Of a DNA stretch of 64,000 nt, positions 28,163 through 41,138 are shown piece by piece. Within the stretch, counting starts at the first letter, position 1. Each line of letters starts with the position of its first letter. The stretch is taken from positions 7,069 to 71,068 of the forward strand of contig CANQWE010000001.1 of NCBI GenBank assembly GCA_947627475.1, written 5' to 3'. The DNA is from an uncultured Clostridia bacterium (GTDB taxonomy: Bacteria; Bacillota; Clostridia; Oscillospirales; CAG-272). Position numbers and translations under genes: made by a program. The notes beneath the pieces are model-generated. The model had not been told where the DNA came from. It saw nothing but the letters and a program-made list of their open reading frames with translations, and searched no databases.

Positions 28163-28176
28163 GCTCATTTGCAGGT

Positions 28177-28205
28177 ATTATACATCCTTACCTGCATTTT
28201 GTCAA
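28177..28205 (-). promoter_or_regulatory. Sigma-A type promoter of the glutamate synthase operon
   Basis: Minus strand TTGACA (28205-28200), 17 nt, TATAAT (28182-28177). Confidence 0.6.
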
Positions 28206-28265
28206 GAGAAAAATGCAAAGTTTCATGTGTTTTGCAGGTTCTTGAAAAAATATTGCAAAAAGGGG

Positions 28266-28294
28266 TTGACAATCCCATGATACAGGTGTAATAT
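28266..28294 (+). promoter_or_regulatory. Sigma-A type promoter of gdhA (divergent)
   Basis: TTGACA (28266-28271), 17 nt, TAATAT (28289-28294). Confidence 0.6.
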
Positions 28295-28379
28295 GGAAAC
28301 GGAAAGGCAAGGAGGTCTTTATGGGGACACAAGGATGGCCTGCTTGTTTTTAAGCTATCAAGGAAAATATATGTGGGAA

Positions 28380-29787
<1,408 letters not shown>

Positions 29788-29927
29788 GTATATAAAAACC
29801 ACCCCTCCGGCGGCAGCCGCCACCTTTCCTTCCTTGCAAAGGAGAGGCAGAGAAGCTAACAGAGGAAGAGATAGGAAGATTATCCCTCGCTACCGCAGGC
29901 AGCAGAAAAAATAACATATAAACCAAA

Positions 29928-29985
29928 GGCAAAGGCGTCTTTCGTGCTTTTCAGCAGAAAAGACGCCTTTGCCTTTCTTTCATTT
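29928..29985 (+). terminator. Hairpin + T-run between gdhA and glnN (terminator and/or regulated attenuator)
   Basis: ggcaaaggcgtctttc / gaaaagacgcctttgcc stem followed by TTTCTTTCATTTC. The 5' arm carries the shared leader motif. Confidence 0.6.
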
Positions 29986-30002
29986 CAGAAAAAGGAGATA
30001 AG

Positions 30003-32102
30003 ATGATGAAAACAGTACCAAAGTATTTTGGAAGCCTGGTGTTTGACGACAGGGTGATGAAAGCGACGTTGAGCGCCAAGGTGTATGGGTCCTTGAAAAA
30101 GACAATTGATGAAGGGACGCCGCTGGACATTGGCGTGGCAAATGCGGTGGCTACTGCAATGAAGGACTGGGCAATATCCATGGGGGCCACCCATTATACC
30201 CACTGGTTCCAGCCCCTTACGGGCATTACGGCGGAAAAACACGACAGCTTTATCGCACCCTCCCCGGACGGTGGCGTAATCATGGAATTTTCGGGAAAGG
30301 AACTGATCAAAGGCGAACCGGACGCATCCTCCTTCCCCAGCGGCGGACTGCGCGCGACCTTTGAGGCGAGAGGATATACCGCATGGGATCCCACCTCCTA
30401 TGCGTTTATCAAGGGGCGGACACTGTGCATACCGACTGCGTTCTGCTCTTACGGCGGCGAAGCCCTGGACAAGAAAACGCCGCTGCTGCGTTCTATGAGC
30501 GCCCTCAACAAGCAGGCGCTCCGTATCCTGCGCCTGTTCGGCAACAATACGGCAAAATGCGTCCGTTCCTCTGTGGGACCCGAGCAGGAATACTTTTTGG
30601 TGACGCGGGAAATGTATGATCAGCGTCCGGATTTGCGCTTTACAGGCCGCACGCTATTTGGGGCAAAACCTCCCAAGGGGCAGGAAATGGATGATCACTA
30701 TTTCGGTGTAATCAAGCCCAGAGTCGCGGCTTTTATGGAAGAGCTGAACGAAGAACTGTGGAAGCTGGGCATACTTGCCAAAACAGAACACAACGAAGTG
30801 GCTCCTGCCCAGCACGAGCTGGCGCCGATCTATACTACCACCAATATTGCTACCGATCACAACCAGCTCACAATGGAGATTATGCAGAAAATCGCCGCAA
30901 AGCACGGCCTGGTGTGCCTGCTTCATGAAAAGCCCTTTGCCGGCGTGAACGGCAGCGGCAAGCACAACAACTGGTCCATCGCTACCGATGCGGGCCAGAA
31001 TCTACTGTCCCCTGGGGATACGCCCTATGAAAACGCCCAGTTTCTGCTGTTTCTCTGTGCGGTGATCAAGGCTGTGGACGATTATCAGGACCTGCTTCGC
31101 ATCTCCGTGGCCACTGCCGGCAACGATCACCGGCTGGGCGCCAACGAAGCACCGCCTGCCGTGGTCTCCATATTTTTGGGTGATGAGCTGAACGCGGTGC
31201 TCCAGGCAATCGAAACCGATACACCATACGCGGGCGCCGAAAAAACACAGATGAAGCTTGGTGTGGATGTTCTGCCCAAGTTTAACCGGGACGCCACCGA
31301 TCGTAATAGAACGTCCCCGTTCGCCTTCACCGGCAACAAGTTTGAGTTCCGTATGCTGGGGTCCTCCAACAGTATCGCCTGTGCAAATATTATGCTGAAC
31401 AGCGCTGTGGCGGAGAGTCTGAAAATTTATGCGGACCGGCTGGAAGGGGCGGAGGATTTCGCCGCGGCGCTCCATGGGATGATCCAGAAAACCATCCGGG
31501 ACCATAAGCATATTATTTTCAACGGCAACGGCTACGACGACAGCTGGATCAAAGAAGCCACAGAAAGCCGGGGACTGCTCAATTACCGTACTACGCCGGA
31601 CTGCATGCCCCATCTGCTGGACAAGAAAAACGTGGATATGCTGACCAGCCACGGCGTATATTCCCAGGCGGAGCTAAGGTCCAGATGCGACATTATGCTG
31701 GAAAATTATTGTAAAACTGTCATTATCGAAGCCAGTACCATGGTCACTATGGCAAAAACGCAGATCGCGCCTGCAGTGGAGGGCTATACAGCAGAGGTTG
31801 CAAAGGGCGCGGCGGCAAAGAAAGCGCTGGATACAAGCCTTGCCTGCAGCTACGAGCTTGGCGTCGTAAAGAAATTGTCCGCTCTTACCGACAGAATCGC
31901 AGGCAAGGTAGAGGAACTGGAGGACACTTTGCTGTATTTGCAGAAAGCGGAGGATGTCATGGCACAGTCCGCGATGATCCGAGATAGCGTACTGGTCAAA
32001 ATGGGCGAGCTGCGGGTCGCCTGTGATGAGGCGGAAACCCTCACCGCAAAGAACTGGTGGCCTTATCCTTCCTATGCGGATCTGCTTTTCAGCGTGCAGT
32101 GA
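30003..32102 (+). CDS. glnN: Type III glutamine synthetase
   Basis: 699 aa. The N-terminus [20 protein letters not shown] and the GS core ([33 protein letters not shown]) match the ~700-aa GlnN class. Confidence 0.8.
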   Translation: MMKTVPKYFGSLVFDDRVMKATLSAKVYGSLKKTIDEGTPLDIGVANAVATAMKDWAISMGATHYTHWFQPLTGITAEKHDSFIAPSPDGGVIMEFSGKELIKGEPDASSFPSGGLRATFEARGYTAWDPTSYAFIKGRTLCIPTAFCSYGGEALDKKTPLLRSMSALNKQALRILRLFGNNTAKCVRSSVGPEQEYFLVTREMYDQRPDLRFTGRTLFGAKPPKGQEMDDHYFGVIKPRVAAFMEELNEELWKLGILAKTEHNEVAPAQHELAPIYTTTNIATDHNQLTMEIMQKIAAKHGLVCLLHEKPFAGVNGSGKHNNWSIATDAGQNLLSPGDTPYENAQFLLFLCAVIKAVDDYQDLLRISVATAGNDHRLGANEAPPAVVSIFLGDELNAVLQAIETDTPYAGAEKTQMKLGVDVLPKFNRDATDRNRTSPFAFTGNKFEFRMLGSSNSIACANIMLNSAVAESLKIYADRLEGAEDFAAALHGMIQKTIRDHKHIIFNGNGYDDSWIKEATESRGLLNYRTTPDCMPHLLDKKNVDMLTSHGVYSQAELRSRCDIMLENYCKTVIIEASTMVTMAKTQIAPAVEGYTAEVAKGAAAKKALDTSLACSYELGVVKKLSALTDRIAGKVEELEDTLLYLQKAEDVMAQSAMIRDSVLVKMGELRVACDEAETLTAKNWWPYPSYADLLFSVQ

Positions 32103-32151
32103 GAAAGAAGGGCCGTATCAGGAAAAATTTTAAAAACATTGCACTGCACAG

Positions 32152-32180
32152 TTGACAAATTACGTAAAAAAGCGTATAGT
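32152..32180 (+). promoter_or_regulatory. Sigma-A type promoter of the purA-led operon
   Basis: TTGACA (32152-32157), 17 nt, TATAGT (32175-32180). Confidence 0.6.
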
Positions 32181-32264
32181 AATAAAGCAAGGCAAAGGCG
32201 TCTTTGCAGGACTCTCTGGCAGTCTTGATTTTCCCGTTTGCAGAAAAGCATAGCAGATAAAAAA

Positions 32265-32313
32265 GGCAATGGTGTCTTTAATGTATACGCATTAAAGAAT
32301 CATTGCCTTTTTT
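32265..32313 (+). promoter_or_regulatory. Leader terminator-like hairpin (attenuator) upstream of purA
   Basis: aaggcaatggtgtctttaatg / cattaaagaatcattgcctt followed by TTTT. It lies ~80 nt after the predicted TSS and ~85 nt before the purA ATG. Confidence 0.55.
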
Positions 32314-32396
32314 GCCGGATCGAAGCAGCTTGGTCCGGCGGGAGAGGCGGACGCCGATATACGTATTATGCAACTTATGAGGCGGAGGAGATCAGA

Positions 32397-33686
32397 ATGG
32401 CAAACTGTGTGGTAGCAGGCATTAACTGGGGGGACGAAGGAAAGGGCAGAATGGTGGATCTGCTGTCGGAGGACTATGATGTGGCGGTCCGGTTTCAGGG
32501 CGGCGGGAACGCCGGCCATACTGTCATCAACAGATATGGCACTTTTGCGCTGCATCTGCTTCCTTCCGGTATATTTCGTCCCGGTGTGGTGAATATTTTG
32601 GGCAACGGCGTCGCTGTGGATCCTGAAAATCTTTGGAGCGAAATGCAGGGCGTAATGAAGCAGGGCGTATCCCTCTCCCCGGAAAACCTGAAAATCAGCG
32701 ACCGGGCATCTCTTTTGTTGCCATGGCACCGCCAGCTGGATGTGTTGGAGGAGCAGCGGCTTGCAGATAAAAAATACGGCTCTACCAAACAGGGGATCGC
32801 GCCGTTTTATTCAGACAAATATCAGAAGAAAACCATTCTTGCAGGGGAGTTGTTTTACCCCGATACCTTAAAGGTCCACCTGGCAGATCTTTTGGAGTGG
32901 AAAAATCTTATTCTTACCCAGGTGTACGGCGCCCAGCCGTATACGATGGAAATGCTGGAAGCGTGGATAGAGGAGTCCTGTGAGAAAATCAAGCCCTTTA
33001 TCTGTGATACCGGAGCATTTTTGCGGCACGCCCAGGCTGAAGGGAAAAACATCCTTTTTGAAGCCCAGCTTGGTTCTCTGCGGGATTTGGATTACGGGAT
33101 TTATCCATACACCACCTCTTCCAACACTACAGCGGCATACGCGCCTGTTGGCTCGGGGCTCCCCAGTGCAAAAATAACAGACGTTATCGGCGTGGTAAAG
33201 GCCTATTCTACCTGCGTGGGGGAAGGGCCCTTTGTCTGCGAGATGTTTGGAAATGCGGCCGATACCCTGCGGGAGGCCGGAGGGGAATACGGAGCAAAGA
33301 CCGGCAGGCCCCGCAGAGTCGGACCTTTGGATATTGTAGCGACACGGTATGGGGTGGAGGTGCAGGCGGCAACAGAAATTGCCCTGACCAAGCTGGATGT
33401 ACTCAGCTGCATGGAGAAAATTCCTGTATGTACCCACTATCTGCTATGCGGCGAAAAGACCGACCGATTCCCGTTTCCTGCAGCGCTGAAGGATGCCCAG
33501 CCGGTGATCGAATACCGGGACGGCTGGAAGTGCGACATCTCCGGGGTGCGCCGCTTTGAGGATCTTCCAAGAGAGGCGCAGGCATACGTAGCCTATATAG
33601 AAGAACAGATCGGCTGTCCGATCACGTATATTTCCGTAGGTCCGGAGCGGGACAGTATTATTATCCGGAAATCGTACAGTCTATAA
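32397..33686 (+). CDS. purA: Adenylosuccinate synthase
   Basis: [21 protein letters not shown]...[22 protein letters not shown]. The track ORF start at 32238 is upstream of the leader terminator and is rejected. Confidence 0.9.
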   Translation: MANCVVAGINWGDEGKGRMVDLLSEDYDVAVRFQGGGNAGHTVINRYGTFALHLLPSGIFRPGVVNILGNGVAVDPENLWSEMQGVMKQGVSLSPENLKISDRASLLLPWHRQLDVLEEQRLADKKYGSTKQGIAPFYSDKYQKKTILAGELFYPDTLKVHLADLLEWKNLILTQVYGAQPYTMEMLEAWIEESCEKIKPFICDTGAFLRHAQAEGKNILFEAQLGSLRDLDYGIYPYTTSSNTTAAYAPVGSGLPSAKITDVIGVVKAYSTCVGEGPFVCEMFGNAADTLREAGGEYGAKTGRPRRVGPLDIVATRYGVEVQAATEIALTKLDVLSCMEKIPVCTHYLLCGEKTDRFPFPAALKDAQPVIEYRDGWKCDISGVRRFEDLPREAQAYVAYIEEQIGCPITYISVGPERDSIIIRKSYSL

Positions 33687-33711
33687 AAAAGCGCTCCGGC
33701 GTTGGAAATCA

Positions 33712-35268
33712 ATGAAAAGGTCGGTGAACACAGTGGAGGATAAAATACTTGTTTTGGATTTTGGCGGCCAATATAACCAGCTGATTGCCCGCAGAGTTCG
33801 GGAGCAGCATGTTTATGCCGAAATTCAATCCTACAACAGAATTACGGCGCAGGAAATCAAGGCTGCCGGATACAAGGGCGTTATTTTTACCGGGGGCCCA
33901 AACAGCGTCTACGATGCGGCGTCGCCCCACTATGACCCGGAGATCCTGCAAATCGGTGTGCCGATCCTGGGCATCTGCTACGGGGACCAGCTTCTGGCGT
34001 ACATGGCCGGCGGCAGGGTGGACAGAGCGGAAAACTTTAGCGAATACGGCAAAACTACGGTGTTTTTCGATGACGACATCCTCTTCCGAGATGTTCCCCA
34101 AAAGGGTGTTTGCTGGATGAGCCATACGGATTTTATCAGTCAGCCACCGGCGGGATTTGCAGTGATCGCCCATACGGACCAATGCCCCTGTGCAGCCATG
34201 TGTGATCCGGACAGAAAGCTGTACGGCGTACAGTTTCATCCGGAGGTTACCCATACCGAGTACGGAGAGCAGATGCTTGCAAACTTTCTTTTTCCTATCT
34301 GCGGCTGTCGGGCAGACTGGAAAATGGAAGATTTTGTGGAGCGTTCCATTGAAAAATACCGCGGGGAGCTGGCGGGGAAAAAGGTGCTGCTTGCCTTGTC
34401 TGGTGGCGTGGATTCCTCCGTTGCCGCCGTACTGCTCCATAAGGCGATCGGGCGGAATCTGACCTGCGTGTTTGTGGACCACGGGCTTTTGCGCAAGGGG
34501 GAAGGGGATTTTGTGGAAAAGACCTTTCGAGACACATTCGGTATGAACCTTATCCGGGTGCAGGCGGAAAAAAGATTTTTAAAGAGACTGACCGGGGTAC
34601 GCGATCCGGAGGAAAAACGCAAAATCATCGGCGAGGAATTCATCCGCGTCTTTGAAGATGAGGCAAAGCGCCTGGGAAAAATTCACGTGCTCGCCCAGGG
34701 AACCATCTACCCGGATGTGGTGGAAAGCGGCAAGGGAGATTCGGCGGTGATCAAAAGCCACCACAATGTAGGGGGGCTTCCCGATGTGATTTCCTTTGAG
34801 AAAATTGTAGAGCCTCTGCGGACGCTTTTTAAAGATGAAGTGCGGCAGGCAGGCGCCCAGCTTGGGATCCCACATGCGCTAGTGTGGCGGCAGCCCTTTC
34901 CCGGACCCGGTCTTGCAGTCCGGGTAATCGGTGCGGTCACAGAGGAAAAACTGGCGCTTCTGCGGGATGCGGACGCCATCTTCCGTGAGGAGATCGGGGC
35001 CGCCGGACTGGAGGAGGAGACCAATCAGTATTTTGCCGTCCTGACCGACCTGCGCAGCGTGGGTGTGATGGGAGACGCCAGGACTTATGGTTATACGGTG
35101 GCCCTGCGGGCGGTTACCACAGACGATTTTATGACAGCCGAATGGACCCGGCTTCCATATGATGTTTTGGAACGTTCCAGTAATCGGATTACAAACGAAG
35201 TGACGGGTATATCAAGAGTGGTGTTTGATATTACTTCCAAACCGCCGGCCACAGTAGAGTGGGAATAA
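33712..35268 (+). CDS. guaA: GMP synthase (glutamine-hydrolysing)
   Basis: [39 protein letters not shown]-terminal ATVEWE. Confidence 0.9.
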   Translation: MKRSVNTVEDKILVLDFGGQYNQLIARRVREQHVYAEIQSYNRITAQEIKAAGYKGVIFTGGPNSVYDAASPHYDPEILQIGVPILGICYGDQLLAYMAGGRVDRAENFSEYGKTTVFFDDDILFRDVPQKGVCWMSHTDFISQPPAGFAVIAHTDQCPCAAMCDPDRKLYGVQFHPEVTHTEYGEQMLANFLFPICGCRADWKMEDFVERSIEKYRGELAGKKVLLALSGGVDSSVAAVLLHKAIGRNLTCVFVDHGLLRKGEGDFVEKTFRDTFGMNLIRVQAEKRFLKRLTGVRDPEEKRKIIGEEFIRVFEDEAKRLGKIHVLAQGTIYPDVVESGKGDSAVIKSHHNVGGLPDVISFEKIVEPLRTLFKDEVRQAGAQLGIPHALVWRQPFPGPGLAVRVIGAVTEEKLALLRDADAIFREEIGAAGLEEETNQYFAVLTDLRSVGVMGDARTYGYTVALRAVTTDDFMTAEWTRLPYDVLERSSNRITNEVTGISRVVFDITSKPPATVEWE

Positions 35269-35360
35269 GACAGATATAAATCATGTGGTCCGCACGCTTT
35301 TACAGATCCAGACGATCGGCAAAAGAGCGGGCTGGATTTGCAAACACAGAGAGGTACAGC

Positions 35361-36791
35361 ATGGCAGATTTTTGTGCTAAAATCCATGAGGAGTGCGGCG
35401 TATTTGGGGTGATCGCCCCACAGCCTGCCCCCGTTGCAGATATTGCTTACTATGGGTTGTATGCGCTGCAGCACAGAGGGCAGGAAAGCTGTGGCATCGT
35501 GGTCAATGACGACGGCGTATTTGCTTCCCATAAAGATTTGGGCCTGGTCAACGAGGTTTTTACAGAAGACGATTTGTCCCGCCTGCCGGCGGGTACAATG
35601 GCAGTCGCCCATACGCGTTACGGCACTACCGGCGGGACCAACCGGAACAATTGCCAGCCCATCGAGGTCAATCATCAAAAGGGGAGAATGGCGCTGGCCC
35701 ACAACGGAAATCTTTCCAACGCGGCACAGCTTCGGGATGAATTGGAACTGTCAGGTGCCATTTTCCACACCACCAGCGATACGGAGACCATCGCGTATAT
35801 CATTACAAAGCAGCGGCTGCAGGCCCCTTCCATCGAAGAGGCCCTGAGCAGGGCCATGCACACGCTGGACGGGGCCTACTCCCTGGTGCTGATGTCACCC
35901 CAAAAGCTAATCTGTGCAAGAGATCCATATGGATTTCGTCCGCTCTGCTACGGCAAGACGCCCGACGGCATGTATGTGATCGCCTCTGAGGGCTGTGCGG
36001 TCCGGGCAGTGGGCGGAGAGGTCATCCGGGATGTGGAGCCGGGAGAGATCCTGGTATTCAGTAAAAACGGGATCCAGTCCAGAAGGGAGCACTGCGGGAA
36101 AAAAGAGAAAAAGCTGTGTATCTTTGAGTACATTTATTTTGCTCGCCCGGACTCTGTTATCGACGGCGTATCGGTTCACGATGCGCGCCGCCTTGCCGGA
36201 AGAATATTGGCAGCGGCGCACCCGGCAACGGCGGATGTGGTCATAGGCGTTCCGGACTCCGGACTGGATGCGGCGCTTGGCTTCAGTGAGGCCTCCGGAA
36301 TCCCATACGGCATCGGCCTATTGAAAAACAAGTACATCGGCAGAACCTTTATTGCCCCGGGAGATCGGCTGGACAAGGTCAAAATCAAGCTTGCGGCGAT
36401 CGAGAGCGCTGTTCGGGGAAAGCGGGTGGTACTGATTGACGACTCGATTGTCCGCGGTACCACAAGCGGACGGATTGTAGGACTTTTGCGTCAGGCAGGG
36501 GCGCGGGAAATACATATGCGTATTTCTTCGCCGCCGTTCCTGTATCCCTGCTATTATGGTACCGACATCGATTCCCGGGAGCATCTGATCGCCTGCAAAT
36601 ACACCACCGCCCAGATAGCTCAGATCATCGGCGCCGATTCTCTCGGCTATTTTCCGGCAGAGCGTCTGCACCGCCTTGCCGGCAACGGCGGATTCTGCAG
36701 CGCCTGCTTTAATGGCGATTATCCCACAAAGATTCCCGCAAATACCCGAAGAGACCGGTTTGAACGGCACCTGTCGGATATGAAAAAATGA
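35361..36791 (+). CDS. purF: Amidophosphoribosyltransferase
   Basis: MADFCAKIHEECGVFGV (propeptide plus catalytic Cys), VAHTRYGTTG, VLIDDSIVRGTT. Confidence 0.9.
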   Translation: MADFCAKIHEECGVFGVIAPQPAPVADIAYYGLYALQHRGQESCGIVVNDDGVFASHKDLGLVNEVFTEDDLSRLPAGTMAVAHTRYGTTGGTNRNNCQPIEVNHQKGRMALAHNGNLSNAAQLRDELELSGAIFHTTSDTETIAYIITKQRLQAPSIEEALSRAMHTLDGAYSLVLMSPQKLICARDPYGFRPLCYGKTPDGMYVIASEGCAVRAVGGEVIRDVEPGEILVFSKNGIQSRREHCGKKEKKLCIFEYIYFARPDSVIDGVSVHDARRLAGRILAAAHPATADVVIGVPDSGLDAALGFSEASGIPYGIGLLKNKYIGRTFIAPGDRLDKVKIKLAAIESAVRGKRVVLIDDSIVRGTTSGRIVGLLRQAGAREIHMRISSPPFLYPCYYGTDIDSREHLIACKYTTAQIAQIIGADSLGYFPAERLHRLAGNGGFCSACFNGDYPTKIPANTRRDRFERHLSDMKK

Positions 36792-36801
36792 GGTGAGCTG
36801 T

Positions 36802-37884
36802 ATGGTTTTTAACAGAAAAATCCTATTGGAGGACGGTCAGGAATACTTTGGGTATTCCTTTGGAAGTCTGGAGGACCGGGTGTGTGAAATCGTATTCAAC
36901 ACCTCCATGGTGGGCTATCAGGAAATCGTCTCCGACCCCTCCTATACCTACCAGGCAGTTGTGATGACCTATCCGCTGATCGGGAACTACGGCATGGCCG
37001 ATGCGGACTATGAGGCAAAAACTCCCACCATCGGGGCCCTGATCGTGCGGGAATATAATGACGAACCTTCCAACTTTCGGAGTATTGAGACCCTGTCCCA
37101 GGTTATGGAGACCTATCATATTCCCGGGGTGTGGGGGATCGATACCCGAAAGCTCACCCGTTCCATCCGGGACCGAGGCAGCCGCAAGGTGCTGATCACA
37201 GACGCTTCTACCTCCACCGAAAAGGGACTGGCAATTCTTCGGAAGCGGGAGATCCCCAGGGATGCGGTTTCCCGGGTGAGCTGCGATACCATGTGGATCT
37301 CCCGTGCAGAACCGGAAACGTACCATGTGGTGGCCATCGACTGCGGTATAAAACAGAATATTCTCCGGTCCCTGCAAAAGCGTGGCTGCAGGGTTACGGT
37401 GGTTCCCTGGAACACCCCTGCCAGCACTATAGAAAACTTGAATCCCGATGGGATCTTCCTATCCAACGGTCCCGGAGACCCTACGGATGTACCGCAGACC
37501 GTCGCTTCGGTAAAAGCGCTGCTGGGCAGATACCCTATATTCGGGATTTGCCTGGGGCACCAGATCATCTCCCTGGCATATGGAGCCAAAACCTATAAGC
37601 TGAAGTTCGGTCACAGGGGAGGCAATCATCCGGTGCGAAACTTGGAAACCGATAAGATTGAAATCACCTCCCAAAACCACTCCTATGCGGTGGATGCCGA
37701 CAGTCTTGCAACCACCCCGCTGACCGTCACCCATATCAATCTGCTGGATCAGACTGTGGAAGGGGTGAAGTGCGGAAAAGATCGGGTGTTCAGCGTGCAG
37801 TATCATCCGGAAAGCGCGCCTGGTCCCCAGGACAGCGCCTATCTGTTTGACCACTTCGTGGAAATGATGGACCGCTGCCGCTAA
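36802..37884 (+). CDS. carA: Carbamoyl-phosphate synthase small (glutaminase) subunit
   Basis: GYQEIVSDPSY, GICLGHQ, QYHPESAPGP. Confidence 0.9.
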   Translation: MVFNRKILLEDGQEYFGYSFGSLEDRVCEIVFNTSMVGYQEIVSDPSYTYQAVVMTYPLIGNYGMADADYEAKTPTIGALIVREYNDEPSNFRSIETLSQVMETYHIPGVWGIDTRKLTRSIRDRGSRKVLITDASTSTEKGLAILRKREIPRDAVSRVSCDTMWISRAEPETYHVVAIDCGIKQNILRSLQKRGCRVTVVPWNTPASTIENLNPDGIFLSNGPGDPTDVPQTVASVKALLGRYPIFGICLGHQIISLAYGAKTYKLKFGHRGGNHPVRNLETDKIEITSQNHSYAVDADSLATTPLTVTHINLLDQTVEGVKCGKDRVFSVQYHPESAPGPQDSAYLFDHFVEMMDRCR

Positions 37885-37939
37885 ACGGCTTTATGACTTG
37901 GAATCTTATGGAAATGTGAGAAGGAGAAAGAAAAGAGCC

Positions 37940-40900
37940 ATGCCAAAGAGAACAGATATACAGAAGATTCTTGTCATCGGCAGCGGTCCTATTGTGATTG
38001 GCCAGGCGGCGGAATTCGACTATGCAGGAACCCAGGCATGTCTGGCCCTGAAGGAAGAAGGGTATGAAGTGGTTCTCTGCAACTCCAATCCTGCCACGAT
38101 TATGACCGATACATCCATCGCCGACAAGGTGTATATGGAGCCTCTGACGTTGGAATATATTGCCAAGATCATCCGCTTTGAGAGACCGGATGCGATTTTA
38201 CCTGGGATCGGCGGGCAAACCGGACTGAATCTTGCCATGAGTTTGGAAAGAAAGGGGATTCTTGCCGAGTGCCGCGTAGAGCTGCTGGGGACGCAAAGCA
38301 GCAGCATCGTTCAGGCGGAGGACCGAGAACAATTCAAAGCCCTTTGCCAGGCCCTTGGAGAGCCTGTTTTGCCTTCTGATATTGCCAACTCTATAGAAGA
38401 AGGGATAGAGGCCGCCAAAAAAATCGGATATCCTGTGGTTCTGCGTCCTGCGTTTACTCTGGGCGGGACGGGCGGCGGATTCGCCGATACCCAGGAAGAG
38501 CTTTTGCCCCTGATGAAAAATGCGCTTGCTCTTTCTCCGGTGGGTCAGGTGCTCATTGAAAAAAGCATCAAGGGATATAAGGAAATCGAATACGAAGTGA
38601 TGCGGGACAGCAAGGATACGGCCATCACGATCTGCAATATGGAAAATTTGGATCCTGTTGGCATCCATACCGGCGACTCCATTGTGATTTGCCCGTCCCA
38701 GACGCTGACTAATAAGGAATATCATATGCTCAGGGACAGTGCGTTGAAAATCATCCGCGCATTGAAAATCGAAGGGGGCTGCAACGTGCAGTTTGCTCTG
38801 GACCCCAATTCTATGCAGTATTATCTCATTGAGGTGAACCCCAGAGTATCCCGCTCTTCCGCGCTGGCTTCCAAGGCAAGCGGATATCCCATTGCCCGGG
38901 TATCTGCAAAAATCGGGGTTGGAATGACCCTGGATGAAATCCGGATCGCCAATACGCCGGCGTCCTTTGAGCCGACGCTGGACTATGTGGTCACCAAAAT
39001 GCCTCGCTTTCCCTTTGACAAGTTTACAGAGGCGGACAACACGCTCTCCACGCAGATGAAGGCGACAGGGGAGGTTATGAGCGTCGGCAGAACGGCGGAG
39101 GAAAGCTTGCTCAAGGCGATCCGCTCTCTGGAAATCGGACTGTTTCATTTGCATAGCGGCAAGTTTGACGATTGGACGGAGAGGCAGCTGGCGGACTATA
39201 TCCAAATCGGCACGGACGACCGGATTTACGCCATCGCCCAGCTTTTGCGTCTGGGACTGGGAGTAGAGGATATTGCGGCAGTCACCGCCATCGATCGCTT
39301 TTTTCTCCGCAAGCTGAAAAACATTGTGGATATGGAGAAAACGCTGCAGGAGCATCCTGGGGACAGGGGGACTTTGCGCAGGGCGAAACAGATGGGCTTT
39401 TCCGACAAGGAAATTGGCCTGCTTTGGAAGAGGACGGAGAGGGAAGTGTTTCAGCTTAGACATGTGTTGGGCATCGTTCCCGTGTACAAAATGATCGACA
39501 CCTGCGCCTCGGAGTTCGACAGCTATATCCCCTATTTTTACTCCACCTATGAGGAGGAAAACGAGTCCGTTGTATCCGGGAAGAAAAAAATCGTAGTCCT
39601 GGGCTCCGGTCCTATCCGGATCGGGCAGGGGGTGGAATTTGATTATTCCACTGTCCACGCTGTACAGACCATCAAGGAAGCCGGCTATGAGGCGATTATC
39701 ATCAACAACAATCCCGAAACGGTTTCCACTGATTATACCTGCTCTGACAAACTGTACTTTGAGCCTCTGTGCGTAGAGGACGTAATGAATGTGATCGCGC
39801 TGGAGCAGCCGGAAGGGGTCATCGCAACGCTGGGCGGCCAGACGGCCATCAATTTGGCGGGCCCTCTGCGGGAGCGGGGCGTAAAAATCATTGGGACCGA
39901 CTGCGATGCCATCGAGCGTGCAGAAAACCGGGACGCCTTTGAACACCTGCTTTCCTCGCTGAAGATTCCCCAGCCCAAGGGTCGGGCTGTAACCAGTATA
40001 GAGGAGGGCATCCGGGCCGCCGGCGAAATCGGATATCCGGTGCTTGTCCGCCCCAGCTTCGTGCTGGGCGGCAGGGCAATGCAAATCGTCGCTAAGGAGG
40101 AGGCGCTGCGGGACTACCTGAAGACGGCAGTGGAGATCGATACGGATAAGCCGGTGCTGGTGGACAAATATATCCGGGGTAAAGAGGTGGAGGTAGACGC
40201 CATCTGCGACGGAACGCAGGTTTTCGTTCCCGGCATCATGGAGCTTGTGGAGAGGACTGGTGTACATTCCGGAGATTCTATCAGTATATATCCCACCTAC
40301 AGCATTTCCGGAAAGGTCAAAAATACGATACTAAATTATACGCAGCGGCTAGGGCTGGGGATCGGCATCGTAGGTCTGTTTAACATCCAGTTTATTGTGG
40401 ATGAGCATGAGGACGTCTATATCATTGAAGTAAATCCCAGATCCTCCCGAACGGTTCCCTTTCTTTCCAAGGCCACAGGCTGCAGCCTGGCCGATATGGC
40501 CACCCTGGTGATGCTTGGAAAAAGTCTTGCCGAGCAGGGCGTCACGGACATTTACCCAAAAGAAAAGGGCCGGTATTATGTAAAGGTTCCCGCATTCTCC
40601 TTCTCCAAGCTGTACGGGATGGATGCATATCTTTCCCCGGAAATGAAGTCCACCGGGGAGGCGATCGGCTATGACAGAAAGCTGCACCGCGCCATGTATA
40701 AGGCGATGATCGCCTCTGGGATCAGGGTGCAGAACTATGGTACTGTAGTGGTTACCCTGGCCGATGAGGACAAGGAAGAGGCGCTGCCGCTTATCCGCCG
40801 GTTTTACGATATGGGCTTCAATATCGAGGCGACCATAGGAACGGCAATCTTCTTAAAGGAGCATGGCATCCGCACCCGTATCCGGCGCAAGCTCTCCGAG

Positions 40901-41122
40901 GGCAGCGAAGAAATACTGCAGTCCATCCGGGCGGGGTATGTGAGCTATGTAATTTGTACCCGGGCGATCCTTTCCGGGGTGCACTATGCGGACGGTGCTG
41001 CTATTCGCCGGTGCGCCTCACAAAACAATATTACAATGCTCACTTCTCTGGACACGGTAAAGATGCTGCTGGATGTGCTGGAGGAGGTGACCATCGGAAT
41101 ATCCCGAATAGACGCCGAATGA
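37940..41122 (+). CDS. carB: Carbamoyl-phosphate synthase large subunit
   Basis: MPKRTDIQKILVIGSGPIVIGQAAEFDYAGTQA with duplicated ATP-grasp halves; ~1060 aa. Confidence 0.95.
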   Translation: MPKRTDIQKILVIGSGPIVIGQAAEFDYAGTQACLALKEEGYEVVLCNSNPATIMTDTSIADKVYMEPLTLEYIAKIIRFERPDAILPGIGGQTGLNLAMSLERKGILAECRVELLGTQSSSIVQAEDREQFKALCQALGEPVLPSDIANSIEEGIEAAKKIGYPVVLRPAFTLGGTGGGFADTQEELLPLMKNALALSPVGQVLIEKSIKGYKEIEYEVMRDSKDTAITICNMENLDPVGIHTGDSIVICPSQTLTNKEYHMLRDSALKIIRALKIEGGCNVQFALDPNSMQYYLIEVNPRVSRSSALASKASGYPIARVSAKIGVGMTLDEIRIANTPASFEPTLDYVVTKMPRFPFDKFTEADNTLSTQMKATGEVMSVGRTAEESLLKAIRSLEIGLFHLHSGKFDDWTERQLADYIQIGTDDRIYAIAQLLRLGLGVEDIAAVTAIDRFFLRKLKNIVDMEKTLQEHPGDRGTLRRAKQMGFSDKEIGLLWKRTEREVFQLRHVLGIVPVYKMIDTCASEFDSYIPYFYSTYEEENESVVSGKKKIVVLGSGPIRIGQGVEFDYSTVHAVQTIKEAGYEAIIINNNPETVSTDYTCSDKLYFEPLCVEDVMNVIALEQPEGVIATLGGQTAINLAGPLRERGVKIIGTDCDAIERAENRDAFEHLLSSLKIPQPKGRAVTSIEEGIRAAGEIGYPVLVRPSFVLGGRAMQIVAKEEALRDYLKTAVEIDTDKPVLVDKYIRGKEVEVDAICDGTQVFVPGIMELVERTGVHSGDSISIYPTYSISGKVKNTILNYTQRLGLGIGIVGLFNIQFIVDEHEDVYIIEVNPRSSRTVPFLSKATGCSLADMATLVMLGKSLAEQGVTDIYPKEKGRYYVKVPAFSFSKLYGMDAYLSPEMKSTGEAIGYDRKLHRAMYKAMIASGIRVQNYGTVVVTLADEDKEEALPLIRRFYDMGFNIEATIGTAIFLKEHGIRTRIRRKLSEGSEEILQSIRAGYVSYVICTRAILSGVHYADGAAIRRCASQNNITMLTSLDTVKMLLDVLEEVTIGISRIDAE

Positions 41123-41138
41123 GAAAAGGAGGCACAGT

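Noticed and set aside
28078-28168. N-terminal extension of the glutamine amidotransferase ORF to 28168.
   Set aside because: It would translate through the perfect 21-bp leader hairpin and start at the predicted TSS. The internal ATG 28078 gives a plausible N-terminus before the catalytic Cys.
32187-32396. A purine riboswitch upstream of purA.
   Set aside because: The three-way junction and conserved loop sequences of the purine aptamer are not seen. Instead the leader carries the GGCAAAGGnGTCTTT motif shared with nitrogen genes.
38198-40267. 689-aa minus-strand ORF inside carB.
   Set aside because: It is a shadow ORF antisense to an unambiguous carB. The same reasoning applies to 12727-13788, 15924-17039, 21400-22047, 23977-24933, 33709-34482, 35091-35702 and 51108-52184.
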